Shown here: in pieces, positions 49,696 to 60,400 of the stretch
How the letters are laid out: every line of letters starts with the position of its first letter
Numbering within the stretch: the stretch's first letter is position 1
Source of the DNA: an uncultured Acidobacteriota bacterium
GTDB taxonomy: Bacteria > Acidobacteriota > JAQAZP01
DNA: 64,000 nt
Assembly: GCA_963836075.1 (NCBI GenBank)
Contig: CAWIIB010000009.1
Coordinates: 1,792,001 to 1,856,000 of the forward strand
Reading direction: 5' to 3'
Translations under genes and position numbers: made by a program
Notes under the pieces: generated by a model
Seen by the model: the letters and a program-made list of their open reading frames with translations, nothing else
Databases searched by the model: none
Told to the model about the DNA's origin: nothing

Positions 49696-51165
49696 ATGAT
49701 GGACGTTGCCAAGCGGTGGATTTGCCTTTGGAGGTGCGGGCGCCTGCCGGGTGGGCTGCTTCCGGTTGCCATCTGCGCCATGATTCTGGCCGCCGGCCTG
49801 ACCCTTTGGGGATGCGGGTCTGGTGGCGCTTCCGGCGGCGCGGCCGGAGGCACCGGCGCCGGTGAACCGCCGGCCGTGGAGGCGGTGCCGGCCCGGTTCG
49901 GCAGCCTGCCCCTGGAAGAGGTGCTCAGCGGGGTGGTCCGGGCCCGCGACCAGGTGGCCGTCCGCCCCGAGATCTCAGCCCCGGTGGTGGAGGTGCTGGT
50001 GCGCGACGGCGACAGCGTGCGCCGGGGGCAGCCGCTGGTGCGTCTCAACGACGACACCCTGCGCGAACAGCTGGCCCAGTCCGAGGCGAGCCTCCGGCTG
50101 GCCGAAGCCTCGGCCGCCGAGGCCCGGGCCCGGCTGGCCGAGATCACCGCCCGGGTGACCCGGACCAGGGTGATGGCCGGCGAAGAACTGGTCAGTGCCC
50201 TGGACCTGGAGGTCCAGGAGGCGCAGCGGGATGCCACCGCGGCCCAGGCTGACCAGGCTGAAGCACGGGTTGAACAGGTACGGGCCACGGTGGAGGAGCG
50301 ACGCTCGGCCATGGCCCGCACGGTGGTGCGATCGCCGGTGGCGGGCCGGGTGGGGCGCCGCGGCGCCGAAGTGGGCATGCTGGTTAATCCGGCAACCCTG
50401 CTCTTCCTCGTTGGCGACTTCGACGACCTGATCGTCGAGGTCTCCCTGACCCAGTCGATGCTCGATACAGTTGACGTGGGGACCCCGGTGGTGATCGAGA
50501 GCAAGCGTGGCTCAACCGGGGAGCCCTTCCGGGCGGAGATCTCCCGCATCTCGCCGTTTCTCGAGCGGTCCAGCTTCAGCACCACCGCCGAAATCGATGT
50601 GGCCAACCTGGGGGATCGTCTGCGGCCCGGGATGTTTGTCACCGTGCGGCTGAACTACGGCAGCTCCCACGAGGCCGCCCTTGTCCCGCTCAGCGCGGTT
50701 CGCGAAGTCCCGGAAACCGGAGTGATCCAGGTCTATGTGGTCGAGGAGACGGCCGGCCTGACCGAGCCGGAAACGCCGGGAACCGACATCCCCGACAAAC
50801 CCCGCCGGGTGGTCCTGCGGCCGGTGGCCCTGCTGGCCGAGGGCCGCGGCACCGCCGGGCTGCGCGGTGTCGAGGAAGGGGAGTGGGTGGTCACCCTGGG
50901 CCAGCAGCTGCTCGACGAAGCCCGGCGCAGCGCCGGAGCGGACACGGTGCAGGCCCGCGTCAGGCCCACCAGCTGGGAGCGTGTCCTGGGGCTCCAGGCC
51001 CTGCAGCGGGAGGACCTGCTGGAGACATTCCTCGACAAGCAGCAGCGGATTGCCCGCGTCCTGGGTGCCGAGCTTCCCGAGAGCAGGGAAGCGGTGGACG
51101 AAGCACTCCGTGCGGCCGAGGCCTCGGCCGCGCAGTCGCCGGCAGCCCCGGAGAGAGGGGACTGA
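49696..51165 (+). CDS. RND efflux periplasmic adaptor (membrane fusion protein)
   Basis: VLVRDGDSVRRGQPLVRL, coiled hairpin, VRSPVAG and LRPGMF. Confidence 0.9.
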   Translation: MMDVAKRWICLWRCGRLPGGLLPVAICAMILAAGLTLWGCGSGGASGGAAGGTGAGEPPAVEAVPARFGSLPLEEVLSGVVRARDQVAVRPEISAPVVEVLVRDGDSVRRGQPLVRLNDDTLREQLAQSEASLRLAEASAAEARARLAEITARVTRTRVMAGEELVSALDLEVQEAQRDATAAQADQAEARVEQVRATVEERRSAMARTVVRSPVAGRVGRRGAEVGMLVNPATLLFLVGDFDDLIVEVSLTQSMLDTVDVGTPVVIESKRGSTGEPFRAEISRISPFLERSSFSTTAEIDVANLGDRLRPGMFVTVRLNYGSSHEAALVPLSAVREVPETGVIQVYVVEETAGLTEPETPGTDIPDKPRRVVLRPVALLAEGRGTAGLRGVEEGEWVVTLGQQLLDEARRSAGADTVQARVRPTSWERVLGLQALQREDLLETFLDKQQRIARVLGAELPESREAVDEALRAAEASAAQSPAAPERGD

Positions 51166-51166
51166 G

Positions 51167-54100
51167 ATGGCCGGCATTACCGACCTCTCCATACGCCGCC
51201 CGGTGGCCACGGCGATGGTCTACCTCATCCTAATCGTGGTGGGCGTGGTATCGCTGCGCATCCTGCCGGTGGACCTGCTGCCCAGGATCGAGTTCACCGA
51301 GCTCACCGTCCGGACCCGCTACCCCGACGTCGGCCCCGAGGAGGTCGAGCAGATCATCACCGACCCGATCGAGAACGCGGTCTCCGGCCTGCCGAACCTC
51401 GAGCGGATTACCTCCAATTCCGAGGAGGGCTCGAGCCGCATCCGCCTGCGCTTCGCCCGGGGCACCAGCATCGATGAGGCGGCCAACGACCTTCGCGCGG
51501 CCCTTGACCGGCTGCGCGACGAACTGCCGGTGGAGGCCGAGGCCCCGGAGATCTTCAAACTCGACCTGGACATGATCGAGGTGGTTAGCCTGGCCGTCAC
51601 TTCCAGCCGTGATCTGGAGACGCTGACCCGCCTGCTGGAGGACGACCTGGCCCGGCGCTTCGAGCAGATCCCCGGGGTGGGGGCGATCAACGTCCGCGGC
51701 GGCATCTACCGTGAGATCCGGGTGGACCTGGACCGCGACCGCCTGCTGGCCGCCGGGCTGACCGCCCTCGACGTTCAGCAGGCGCTCTCCCGGGAGAACG
51801 TCACCCTGCCGGCGGGCAATGTGAAGAGCGGAATCAGCGACCTCTATGTCCGCGCCCTCGGCGAATACCAGTCGGTGGACCAGGTGGCCCGGACGGTGGT
51901 GGCCAGCCCGGGCGGCCGGCCGATCCGGGTGCGGGACGTGGCGGCAGTGCGTGACAGCTACGAGGATGTCCGCTACCTGGTGGAGATGAACGGCGTCCCC
52001 TCGATCACGCTCTCGATCCAGAAACAGAGCGGGGCCAACACGGTGGCCGTGGCCGAGGCGGTGCGCCGCGAGATGGAGAGGATCAATACTGAGCGTGACG
52101 ATGTCCACTTCGCGGTGATCAGCGACCAGAGCGAGTTCATCCGGCAGTCGATCGCCAATGTCCGCACTTCGGCGCTGTGGGGCTCGCTGCTCGCCGTGGC
52201 CGTGCTCTACTTCTTCCTGCGCAGCCGCTCCAGCACGGCGATCATCGCCCTCTCCATCCCCATCTCGGTGATCGCCACCTTCGGGCTGCTCTACTTCGGC
52301 GGGCTGACCCTGAACCAGATGACCTTCGGCGGGCTAGCCCTCGGGGTGGGGCTGATCGTGGACAATGCCATCGTGGTGCTGGAAAGCATTGTCCGCAAGC
52401 GGGAGGAACGGGGCGAGGAGCCGGTGGCCGCGGCGCGGGTGGGGGCGCGGGAGGTGGCCGGGGCGATAACCGCTTCGACGCTGACCACCTGCGTGATCTT
52501 CCTCCCGGTGGTTTTTGCCCGGACAACCAGCGGGGCCCTGTTCCAGGCCCTGGCCCTGGTGGTGGTTTTTGCCCTGGCCTGTTCGCTGCTGGTGGCGCTG
52601 ACCCTGGTGCCGGTACTCGCCTCGCGGCTGACCCGGGTGCGCAACGGGACGGCGGTCGGCGGCACGCGGTTCTCCCGCGCCTTCAGCCGCGTGGAGAACC
52701 GCTACACCGGGGCGCTGAACGCCGCCATCGGCCGCCGCTACCGGGTCTTCGGCGCAACCGCCCTGCTGCTTGCCGCGGCGTTGCTCTTCTGGCCCCTGAT
52801 CCCGGTGGAACTGGCGCCGCGAACCGACGCCGACGAGATCGACATCGAACTGGAAATGGCCCGGGGGACCAACATCGCCGTGGCCCGTACCTACCTCGAT
52901 GAGCTGGAAGAGAAGGTGCGCAGTGCAGTGCCTCCGGGCAACGTGCAACTGACGGCCACCGAGGTGCGCGGCGACAGCGCGGCGGTTGAACTGAAGCTCC
53001 GGCCGCTGGACCGGCGCAGCCTCGACAGCACCGAACTGGCCGACCTGGTTCGCGAGGCGGTGGACGGACAGGTGCCGGGGGCGGAGATCGACGTCGAGGC
53101 GCAACAGGGCCTCTGGATGCTCAACCGGGTCTTCAGTTCCGGCGGCAGCCAGAACGCCCTGGAGATCGAACTGCGCGGCTGGGACCTCGGCCGCGCCGAT
53201 GTGGTGGCCGCCGACATCCGCCGCCGTATGGAGCAACTGCCCGGGATTACCGACGTGCGGGTCAGCCGGCGGGAGGGGCAGCCGGAGGAACGGCTGATCC
53301 TCGACCGGGACCGCATGGCCCAGCTGGGCCTGACCGTGCGCGAGGTGGGCCGGACCCTGCTGGCCAACGTGGGCGGTCTCGAGGCCGGACGCTACCGCGA
53401 GGGGGGCGACGAGTTTCCGATCACTGTCCGGCTGCGGCCCGAAGACCGGCTCAACTCCCGGGACCTCGACACCGTGGCCCTGCGCACCCCGGCCGGGGCC
53501 ACGGTTCCCCTGTCTGCCGTGGTCCGGCGGCAGCGGGCCCTGGGACCGGTGGAGATCGATCGGGTGGACGGGCAGCGGGTCACCTACCTCACCGCCAACC
53601 TGGAGAGCGGCGTTGCGCTTGGCGACGCGGTGGAGATGGTCCGCAGCGAGCTTGACGGCATCGGCCTGCCTCCGGGCTTCACCCTGCTCTTCGGCGGCCA
53701 GTACGAAGAACAGTTGGCCGCGCAGCGAGACTTCATCATCGCCATCGTCATGGCCCTGGCCCTGGTCTACATGATCATGGCCGCCCAGTTCGAGCGCTTT
53801 ATCGACCCGCTGATCGTGATGCTCTCGGTCCCGGTGGCCCTGGTGGGCGTTGTGCCGATGCTGCTGCTCACCGGCACCACCCTCAACATCCAGAGCGTGA
53901 TGGGGCTGGTGATGCTGATCGGCATCGTGGTCAACAACGCCATCGTGCTGGTGGACGCGATCAACCTGCTGCGCCGGGACTACGGAATGGAGGTCGCAGA
54001 AGCGGTGGTGGAGGCCGGCCGGCTGCGCCTGCGCCCGATCCTGATGACCACTGCCACCACCGTGCTCGGCCTGGTCCCCCTTGCCCTGGGCTGGGGCACC

Positions 54101-54232
54101 GGTGCCGAGATCCAGGCGGCTCTGGCCCGGGTGGTCATTGGCGGCCTGCTCGCCTCGACCCTGGTCACCCTGGTGCTGATCCCGGTGACCTATGCCACTG
54201 TGGCCAATCTGCGGGCCCGGACCGCAGCCTGA
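51167..54232 (+). CDS. RND efflux permease (AcrB/AcrD/AcrF family)
   Basis: [31 protein letters not shown] and RLRPILMT. Confidence 0.95.
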   Translation: MAGITDLSIRRPVATAMVYLILIVVGVVSLRILPVDLLPRIEFTELTVRTRYPDVGPEEVEQIITDPIENAVSGLPNLERITSNSEEGSSRIRLRFARGTSIDEAANDLRAALDRLRDELPVEAEAPEIFKLDLDMIEVVSLAVTSSRDLETLTRLLEDDLARRFEQIPGVGAINVRGGIYREIRVDLDRDRLLAAGLTALDVQQALSRENVTLPAGNVKSGISDLYVRALGEYQSVDQVARTVVASPGGRPIRVRDVAAVRDSYEDVRYLVEMNGVPSITLSIQKQSGANTVAVAEAVRREMERINTERDDVHFAVISDQSEFIRQSIANVRTSALWGSLLAVAVLYFFLRSRSSTAIIALSIPISVIATFGLLYFGGLTLNQMTFGGLALGVGLIVDNAIVVLESIVRKREERGEEPVAAARVGAREVAGAITASTLTTCVIFLPVVFARTTSGALFQALALVVVFALACSLLVALTLVPVLASRLTRVRNGTAVGGTRFSRAFSRVENRYTGALNAAIGRRYRVFGATALLLAAALLFWPLIPVELAPRTDADEIDIELEMARGTNIAVARTYLDELEEKVRSAVPPGNVQLTATEVRGDSAAVELKLRPLDRRSLDSTELADLVREAVDGQVPGAEIDVEAQQGLWMLNRVFSSGGSQNALEIELRGWDLGRADVVAADIRRRMEQLPGITDVRVSRREGQPEERLILDRDRMAQLGLTVREVGRTLLANVGGLEAGRYREGGDEFPITVRLRPEDRLNSRDLDTVALRTPAGATVPLSAVVRRQRALGPVEIDRVDGQRVTYLTANLESGVALGDAVEMVRSELDGIGLPPGFTLLFGGQYEEQLAAQRDFIIAIVMALALVYMIMAAQFERFIDPLIVMLSVPVALVGVVPMLLLTGTTLNIQSVMGLVMLIGIVVNNAIVLVDAINLLRRDYGMEVAEAVVEAGRLRLRPILMTTATTVLGLVPLALGWGTGAEIQAALARVVIGGLLASTLVTLVLIPVTYATVANLRARTAA

Positions 54233-54371
54233 TCAGCCCGCCCCCTGGTTCTCGGGCCGCCCAGCAAGATTTTCGTAATCGTGAACACCCTTTTTGTCGA
54301 TAAGTATGGAGATCCCGTGGAAGTGACTTTTGCGGGCGATAATGGTCTGTATCGGCTGGGAGGTGTGTGTG

Positions 54372-54878
54372 GTGAACGGGCGATTGATAACCGGGCTGGT
54401 GGTTTTGCTGATGGCCCTGGGGGTCTGCCTGGCCGTCCTTCCATCCGTTGCCTGTAATTCGAGTTCCACCACCGATCCCGGGGGCGAATCGCGCAGCCAG
54501 GAGTCGGTGCAGACCTTTGGCGCCACTATCACCGGTGACCCGCAGTACGACTCCTTGCCCGCTTCGGTGAAGATCTGCGTCAGCATCCAGAACCTGGTGG
54601 ATTCGCCGCGGACCGTCGATGGCCGGATCGACCTCTGGTTTGGCGGGGGGGAGATGCCGCTCTACGAGTGGCGTTTTCGTGAGGTGGATTTGGCGCCATC
54701 GGGCAGCTGGGATTACTGCTGGAACAACCAGCTTCTCGACCTGCAGAGTCTCGAAGACAAGAACATCGCCCGTCTCCGGGTGGTGGATGTCACCCCGCCT
54801 CCCTACAACCAACCGCCGTACCCACCCTCCGGATATGCTGTTGAAGATGTTTGCATCTTTTGGGGCAGCCAGCCCTGA
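54372..54878 (+). CDS. Small secreted protein that is essentially a stand-alone PYNQPPYPP domain
   Basis: Hydrophobic N-terminus; ends VVDVTPPPYNQPPYPPSGYAVEDVCIFWGSQP. Confidence 0.7.
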   Translation: MNGRLITGLVVLLMALGVCLAVLPSVACNSSSTTDPGGESRSQESVQTFGATITGDPQYDSLPASVKICVSIQNLVDSPRTVDGRIDLWFGGGEMPLYEWRFREVDLAPSGSWDYCWNNQLLDLQSLEDKNIARLRVVDVTPPPYNQPPYPPSGYAVEDVCIFWGSQP

Positions 54879-54890
54879 TGATCGGTCTCC

Positions 54891-54919
54891 TTGACGCCAT
54901 CCGGTGAAGACCGTATTCT
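54891..54919 (+). promoter_or_regulatory. Sigma70-like promoter TTGACG-17bp-TATTCT
   Basis: Canonical spacing about 40 bp upstream of the MscS-family gene. Confidence 0.6.
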
Positions 54920-54961
54920 TTACAAACAAGCAGATCCGCACCCATTTCCGGGAGCTCCGAT

Positions 54962-56419
54962 ATGATCTCCGATCTTCAAGCGTTCGCCTCCAGCGGCATT
55001 CTGCTGCTGTTCATTCTGTTCCTCAGCCTCCTCGGCCGCCGCAACCCGATCATCGGCAAGCGGATAAGCATCCTCCTCCTCGCCCTGCTGATCCAGCTGG
55101 TGAGCGACACGGTGACCTACTTTCACCTGCCGCTGCCCGAGTTCGTCAGCCAGGGGCTGATCGCCCTGCTGCTGATGCTGCTGGCCATCTTCCTGGTCAG
55201 TGTGCTCAAGGCGTTTTCGCTCACCTGGCTCTCTGACAAGGGGGTCAAGGTCTCCAAGCTGATCACCGATGTCTCGGTGGGCCTGATCTACGCCATCCTG
55301 GCCCTCGTCCTGCTCAAGGAGCTGTTCGGGATAAACGTCACCCCGCTGCTGGCCACCTCGGCGGTGCTGACCATGGTTCTCGGCCTGGCCCTGCAGGACA
55401 CCCTGGCCAACCTCATCGCCGGGACGGTTTTTCACTTCGAGAACTCGATCCGCATCGGCGACTGGCTGGAGTTTGACGGGGTGACCGGTGAGGTGCGTGA
55501 GCTCTCCTGGAGGGCAGTGCGGTTGGTCACCACCCGCAAGGACGACATCCTGATCCCCAACACCATCCTGACCAAGCAGAAGTTCAGCAACCTGACCAAG
55601 TTGGGCCGGGCCCGGGAGAAGGATATCGGCACCAGCTACCGCGACGACCCGGACCTGGTGCTGCGGGTGCTGCGCAAGGCGGTGCTCTCCACCCCGGGGG
55701 TGCGCTGGGAGCCGGAGCCGCAGATCTGGATCACCGGTTTCGACGACTTCTCGATCAACTACCGCGTCCGCTTCTACATCAAGCAATACCGCGGATACCA
55801 GAAACTGGAAGGCGCAGTGATGCGCAACATCTGGTACCTGTTCAAGGCCCACGGCATCACCATTCCCTTCCCCATCCGCACCCTGCAGATCGAGCGCCGC
55901 CGCACGCCGGTCCCGGCCGCCCATGGCCCGGAGGAAATCCGCCAGGCGTTGCGCGGTGTCGATATTTTTACGACCTTCAGCGAGAGCGAAATTGCCGAAA
56001 TCGCGGAGTACAGCGAACTGCTGGACTATCCGCGGGGAACGGTGCTCACCGAGGAGGGCGAGTCGGGGGAGAGCATGTTCGCCTTACTCGCCGGGCGGGT
56101 GGAGGTGCTCAAGACCGGCAAACGGATCACCACCCTGGCTGCGGGGGACATCTTCGGCGAGATCTCGCTCTTCTCCGGCGGCGAGCGGACCGCTTCGGTG
56201 CGGGCGCTCACCGGCCTGGAAGTGCTGGTGATCCCCAAGGACGGTTTCGAGACGATCCTGAAAAAGAACAAGGAGTTCATCTCCAAGATAGAATCCATCG
56301 TCGAGGAGCGGCTGGAGACCTATCCCGAATTCTCCGACCTGGAGAAGACCGCCAAGCCGAAGGTCAGCCTGATCAAACAGATTCGAAGTTATCTACTGGG
56401 CGGCGGACAGAAGTCCTGA
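54962..56419 (+). CDS. MscS-family mechanosensitive channel with C-terminal cNMP-binding domain
   Basis: GLALQDTLANLIAG, IRIGDW and IPFP; then FGEISLFSGGERTASV. Confidence 0.92.
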   Translation: MISDLQAFASSGILLLFILFLSLLGRRNPIIGKRISILLLALLIQLVSDTVTYFHLPLPEFVSQGLIALLLMLLAIFLVSVLKAFSLTWLSDKGVKVSKLITDVSVGLIYAILALVLLKELFGINVTPLLATSAVLTMVLGLALQDTLANLIAGTVFHFENSIRIGDWLEFDGVTGEVRELSWRAVRLVTTRKDDILIPNTILTKQKFSNLTKLGRAREKDIGTSYRDDPDLVLRVLRKAVLSTPGVRWEPEPQIWITGFDDFSINYRVRFYIKQYRGYQKLEGAVMRNIWYLFKAHGITIPFPIRTLQIERRRTPVPAAHGPEEIRQALRGVDIFTTFSESEIAEIAEYSELLDYPRGTVLTEEGESGESMFALLAGRVEVLKTGKRITTLAAGDIFGEISLFSGGERTASVRALTGLEVLVIPKDGFETILKKNKEFISKIESIVEERLETYPEFSDLEKTAKPKVSLIKQIRSYLLGGGQKS

Positions 56420-56465
56420 GCCTGTTTGCACAATTCATGGACAATGACATCCCGGCGGAGGCCGC

Positions 56466-56732
56466 ATGAAACAACAGTACGCAGCACCACGGATCCGCAG
56501 CGAGAAATGCTTTGAAACCAGTGCTCTCGGTTGTGCCAAGCAGTCCAGTATGAACCCCGGGTCGTGGCATTTCGCCAACCCGTACGACACCTTCACCGGC
56601 CACCTTGGTTCGGGGCTCGGCGCCAGCGAATCGGTCACCGGGTCGGCGGGGGTGGGGTTCGGACCTGGCGGCACGTCGGCTTCCTATAACTATCCCGGTT
56701 TATGTGAGAACTGGGTCACCATGGTTTCCTGA
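56466..56732 (+). CDS. RiPP-precursor-like peptide, copy 1 (88 aa)
   Basis: Intact ORF with GGAGG RBS: MKQQYAAPRIRSEKCFETSALGCAK...GSWHFANPYDTFTGH...GPGGT...LCENWVTMVS. Confidence 0.75.
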   Translation: MKQQYAAPRIRSEKCFETSALGCAKQSSMNPGSWHFANPYDTFTGHLGSGLGASESVTGSAGVGFGPGGTSASYNYPGLCENWVTMVS

Positions 56733-56786
56733 GGACGGTGGACAATGACGGCTGCCTGGCAAGGCCGGCATCATGAAAGGTTGGCC

Positions 56787-57054
56787 ATGAAAAAAGAGTA
56801 CAGGCTCGCCACGGATCTGCAGTGAAAAGAGTTTCGAAACCAGCGCTCTGTCCTGCGCGAAAACGAACGACCCGCCCATGGGGTCATGGCACTTCGGCAG
56901 TGCGTACGACACCTTTACCGGTCACCTCTCATGGGGGTTTGGCGGCAGTGAGTCGGTTTCCGGGCCCATCGGGGTGGGATACGGCCCTGGCGGTACCACC
57001 GCGTCCTACGGTTACAGCGGGCTGTGCAGCAACTGGGTCACCTTTCACTCCTGA
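56787..57054 (+). CDS. RiPP-precursor-like peptide, copy 2 (88 aa after removing one base at 56802)
   Basis: Corrected: MKKEYGSPRICSEKSFETSALSCAKTNDPPMGSWHFGSAYDTFTGHLSWGFGGSESVSGPIGVGYGPGGTTASYGYSGLCSNWVTFHS. Confidence 0.72.
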
Positions 57055-57108
57055 GGACGGTGGACAACGCCGGCCGCCTGGGTCGGTCGGCATACTGAAA
57101 GGCCGGCC

Positions 57109-57385
57109 ATGAAAAAAGAGTACGGCTCACCACGAATCTGCAGCGAGAAGAGTTTCGAGACTAGCGCGCTGTACCTGCGCCAAGACTCCCGGTGACCCGC
57201 CACCGGGGGCCTGGCATTTCAGCAGCGCTTATGACACCTTCACCGGCCACTTCGGGCCCTCCATGGGCCCTCGAGAATCGGAAACCGGGGCCACCGGTAT
57301 CGGATGGGGTCCGGGGGGCACGACCATGTCCGGTTCTTACGCGGCGTACTTACAATGTACGCACTGGGTTACATATTCCTCCTGA
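57109..57385 (+). CDS. RiPP-precursor-like peptide, copy 3 (91 aa after removing one base at 57172/57173)
   Basis: Corrected: MKKEYGSPRICSEKSFETSAL(S/T)CAKTPGDPPPGAWHFSSAYDTFTGHFGPSMGPRESETGATGIGWGPGGTTMSGSYAAYLQCTHWVTYSS. Confidence 0.72.
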
Positions 57386-57419
57386 TGCCGCGAACTGATC
57401 CTGCAAAACCCCGCCGCAC

Positions 57420-57455
57420 AAAAAACGGGGCCGGACGTTTTCACGCCCGGCCCCG
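57420..57455 (-). terminator. Rho-independent terminator downstream of the S8 peptidase gene
   Basis: CGGGGCCGG...CCGGCCCCG stem followed by a T run on the minus strand, between convergent genes. Confidence 0.75.
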
Positions 57456-57486
57456 CGGTTAGTTCCTCCTTCTATCCCCCAGCAGG

Positions 57487-60400
57487 TCAGTTGACCGTCA
57501 CCGACGTCTGGAAGACCACGTATCCCACCTGCTCGGTGGTGTGCCTCCGCTCATTGTCGTTCACCTGGTCCTCGTCGACCCAGAGGTCCATGCCCGAGGC
57601 GCTGACGCCGCCGACGGTGTTGGCCCAGCCGCCGTTTCCGCCGTCCATGGCCGCCATGGTGATCACGGCCACCGCCGGCACGCCGCCGAAGGCGGTGTCG
57701 AAGGTGTAGGCGTAGGGCCCGCCGTTGTCCGGGCCGCGCACGGAGTCCGCACCAACCTTGGCCTCGAAAGCCGAACCGCCGATGGTGCCGTGACCGGCCT
57801 CGAAGACGATGAAGCCCACCGTCTCGTTGGCCCGGGTGGTGTCCGGGTCTTCAGCGACCTCCTTGCCGGTAATCAGGGCGGTGGCTGTGGGGATGTTGGA
57901 GCGGGCGCTGCCGGCGCACCAGAAGGCTGACCAGTCGGGGTCGTTCTCGGTCATCACCTGACCGAGGACCACCGGGTTGGTGTAGCTCTGGCCGTAGGTC
58001 TGGCTCTCGCCGTTCCAGCTGTTGTTCTCGTCGGTCACCGTGGAGAGGTAGGTCTGGGCCTCGCAGTTGACGCCGTCGATGGTCCAGGTGCCCTCCTCCA
58101 TCACGATGTAGCTCACCGTTTCGGCGGCCACCCCGCTGTCCGAGGGGTTCTGCAGCCGCACGTCGAAGCTGTTGGCCGTGACGTTGCTCACCCGGGTGAC
58201 GATGGGAATGCTGTTGTTGTTGTAGTCGGCGGAGCAGACGACAACCGCACTGGTGTAGGTGTTGTTGAGGTTCACCGTGACGGGGGTTCCGCCCACGGTC
58301 ACCGTGCCGGTTTCCATCCGTGCCTGCGGGCCGGTCTCGCACTCGTCGGGGATGCCGTTGAGGTCGGTGTCCTCGCTGGTGCCGTCGGCGATGTCGCAGG
58401 AATCGGGGGTGCCGTTGCTGTTGCAGTCCGGTTCACCGGCGCAGGCATCACCGATGCCGTCGTTGTCGCAGTCCTCCTGTCCTGGGTTGTAGGTTGCGGG
58501 ACAGTTGTCCACACAGTCGGCCCAGCCGTCGCCGTCACCGTCCGTGTCGGGCACTCCGCAGCCGCAGATGCCGGGGTCAAACTTGTTGGGATCGCTGGGG
58601 CAGCCGTCGATGCAGTCGGCCACGCCGTCACCGTCACTGTCGGTATCCGGGGTGCCGCAGCCGCAGTCGCCGGGAGCGATCTTGTTGGGATCGCTGGGGC
58701 AGCCGTCCATGCAGTCGGCCGTTCCGTCACCGTCACTATCGGTATCCGGGGTGCCGCAGCCGCAGTCGCCGGGGGCCAGTTTGTCGGGATCGGCCGGGCA
58801 GCCGTCGCAGGGGTCGATCACCCCGTCACCGTCGCTGTCGGCCTGGCACTCGTCGGGCACGCCGTTGCCGTCGCAGTCCTGGCTGGTGCCGCCGGAGATA
58901 TCCTCGCTGTCGGGGACGCCGTTGTTGTTGCAGTCGATCATGCCGGCGGGGTAGACCATCGCCGTCTCGAACACCGCGTAGGCCACCTGTTCGGTGATGT
59001 GCCCGCGTTCGGTGTCCATGATCTGGTCTTCGTCGATGGAGAGGTAGAGGTTGGTGGCCGACGCCGGCGTGCCGTGGGTCTGGGCCCAGCCGCCGTTGCT
59101 GCCGTCCATGCCGGCCTGGGTGACCACGTTGACCGCCGGGGCGGAGGCGAAGGCAGTGTTGAAGGTGTAGGTGTAGGGCGGACTGTTGGTCACACCCTCG
59201 ATCAGATCGGAGCCCATCACCGCTTCGAAGTCCACGCCGCCGATGGTGCCGTGGCCGGCCTCGAAGACGATGAAGCCGATGGTTTCGTCGGCGCGGGTGA
59301 TGTCGGTGTCCTCGCAGACGGTCTTGCCGGTTTTGAGGACCGAGGCGCTCGGCGCGCTGGAACGGCTGGAACCGTAGCTCCAGAAGACCGACCAGTCAGA
59401 ATCGTTCTCGCTCATCACCTGGCCCAGCACCACCGGGGTGGTGTAGCCCTGGCCGTAGGCCTGGGTCTCGCCGACCCAACTGCCGTTTTCATCGGTCACC
59501 GTGGAGAGGTAGGTCTGGGCTTCGCAGTTGACGCCGTCGATGGTCCAGACGCCTTCCTCCATCACCAGGTAGCTCACCTCTTCGGCCGACACGGCGCTGC
59601 CCGAGGGGTTCTGCAGCCGGACGTCGAAGCTGTTGGTGGTGACGTTACTCACCCGGGCCACCACCGGGATGGCGTTGGCGCTGTAGTTCACCGCACAGAC
59701 CACCACCGGGCTGACGTAGGTGTTGACCAGGGCCACCGAAGTGGCACTGCCGCCGGCGGTCACCGTGCCGGACTCCATTTTCGCTTCAGGCCCGACCTCG
59801 CACTCGTCGGGGATGCCGTTACTGTTGGTGTCCTGGCTGGTGCCGTCCGTGATGTCGCAGGAATCGGGGATACCGTTCAGGTTGCAGTCCGGTTCGCCGG
59901 CGCAGGCATCGCCAATGCCGTCGTTGTCACAGTCCTCCTGGCCGGGGTTGTAGGTGCCGGGGCAGTTGTCATCGCAGTCGATCCAGCCGTCACCGTCACT
60001 GTCGCCATCGGGCACACCGCAGCCGCAGATGCCGGGGTCGGTCTTGTTGGGATCGTCGGGGCAGCCGTCGTTGCAGTCCAGGGTGCCGTCACCGTCACTG
60101 TCCACGTCGGGCACTCCGCAGCCGCATTCGCCGGGAGCGATCTTGTTCGGGTCACTGGGGCAGCCGTCGATGCAGTCGGCCACGCCGTCACCGTCACTGT
60201 CCACGTCCAGCACTCCGCAGCCGCAGTCGCCGGGAGCGATCTTGTTCGGGTCGTTGGGGCAGCCATCGGCGCAGTCGGCCACGCCGTCGCCGTCGCTGTC
60301 CACGTCGGGCACGCCGCAGCCGCAGTCGCCGGGCGCGATCTTGTTCGGATCGTTGGGGCAGCCGTCGTTGCAGTCGGGCACGCCGTCACCGTCGCTGTCG

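Noticed and set aside
10370-57175. Programmed ribosomal frameshifting or phase variation
   Set aside because: The shifts occur in unrelated genes with no shared slippery motif or long homopolymer; sequencing error is more parsimonious.
56466-57385. Lasso peptide precursors (YxxP leader and a conserved Thr)
   Set aside because: Cores are too long, no consistent Asp/Glu falls at ring position 7-9 after a plausible cleavage site, and no lasso cyclase or peptidase is in the window.
56440-57400. CRISPR array or non-coding tandem repeat
   Set aside because: Units are about 320 bp and differ in a codon-preserving way; no short identical repeats with unique spacers and no cas genes.
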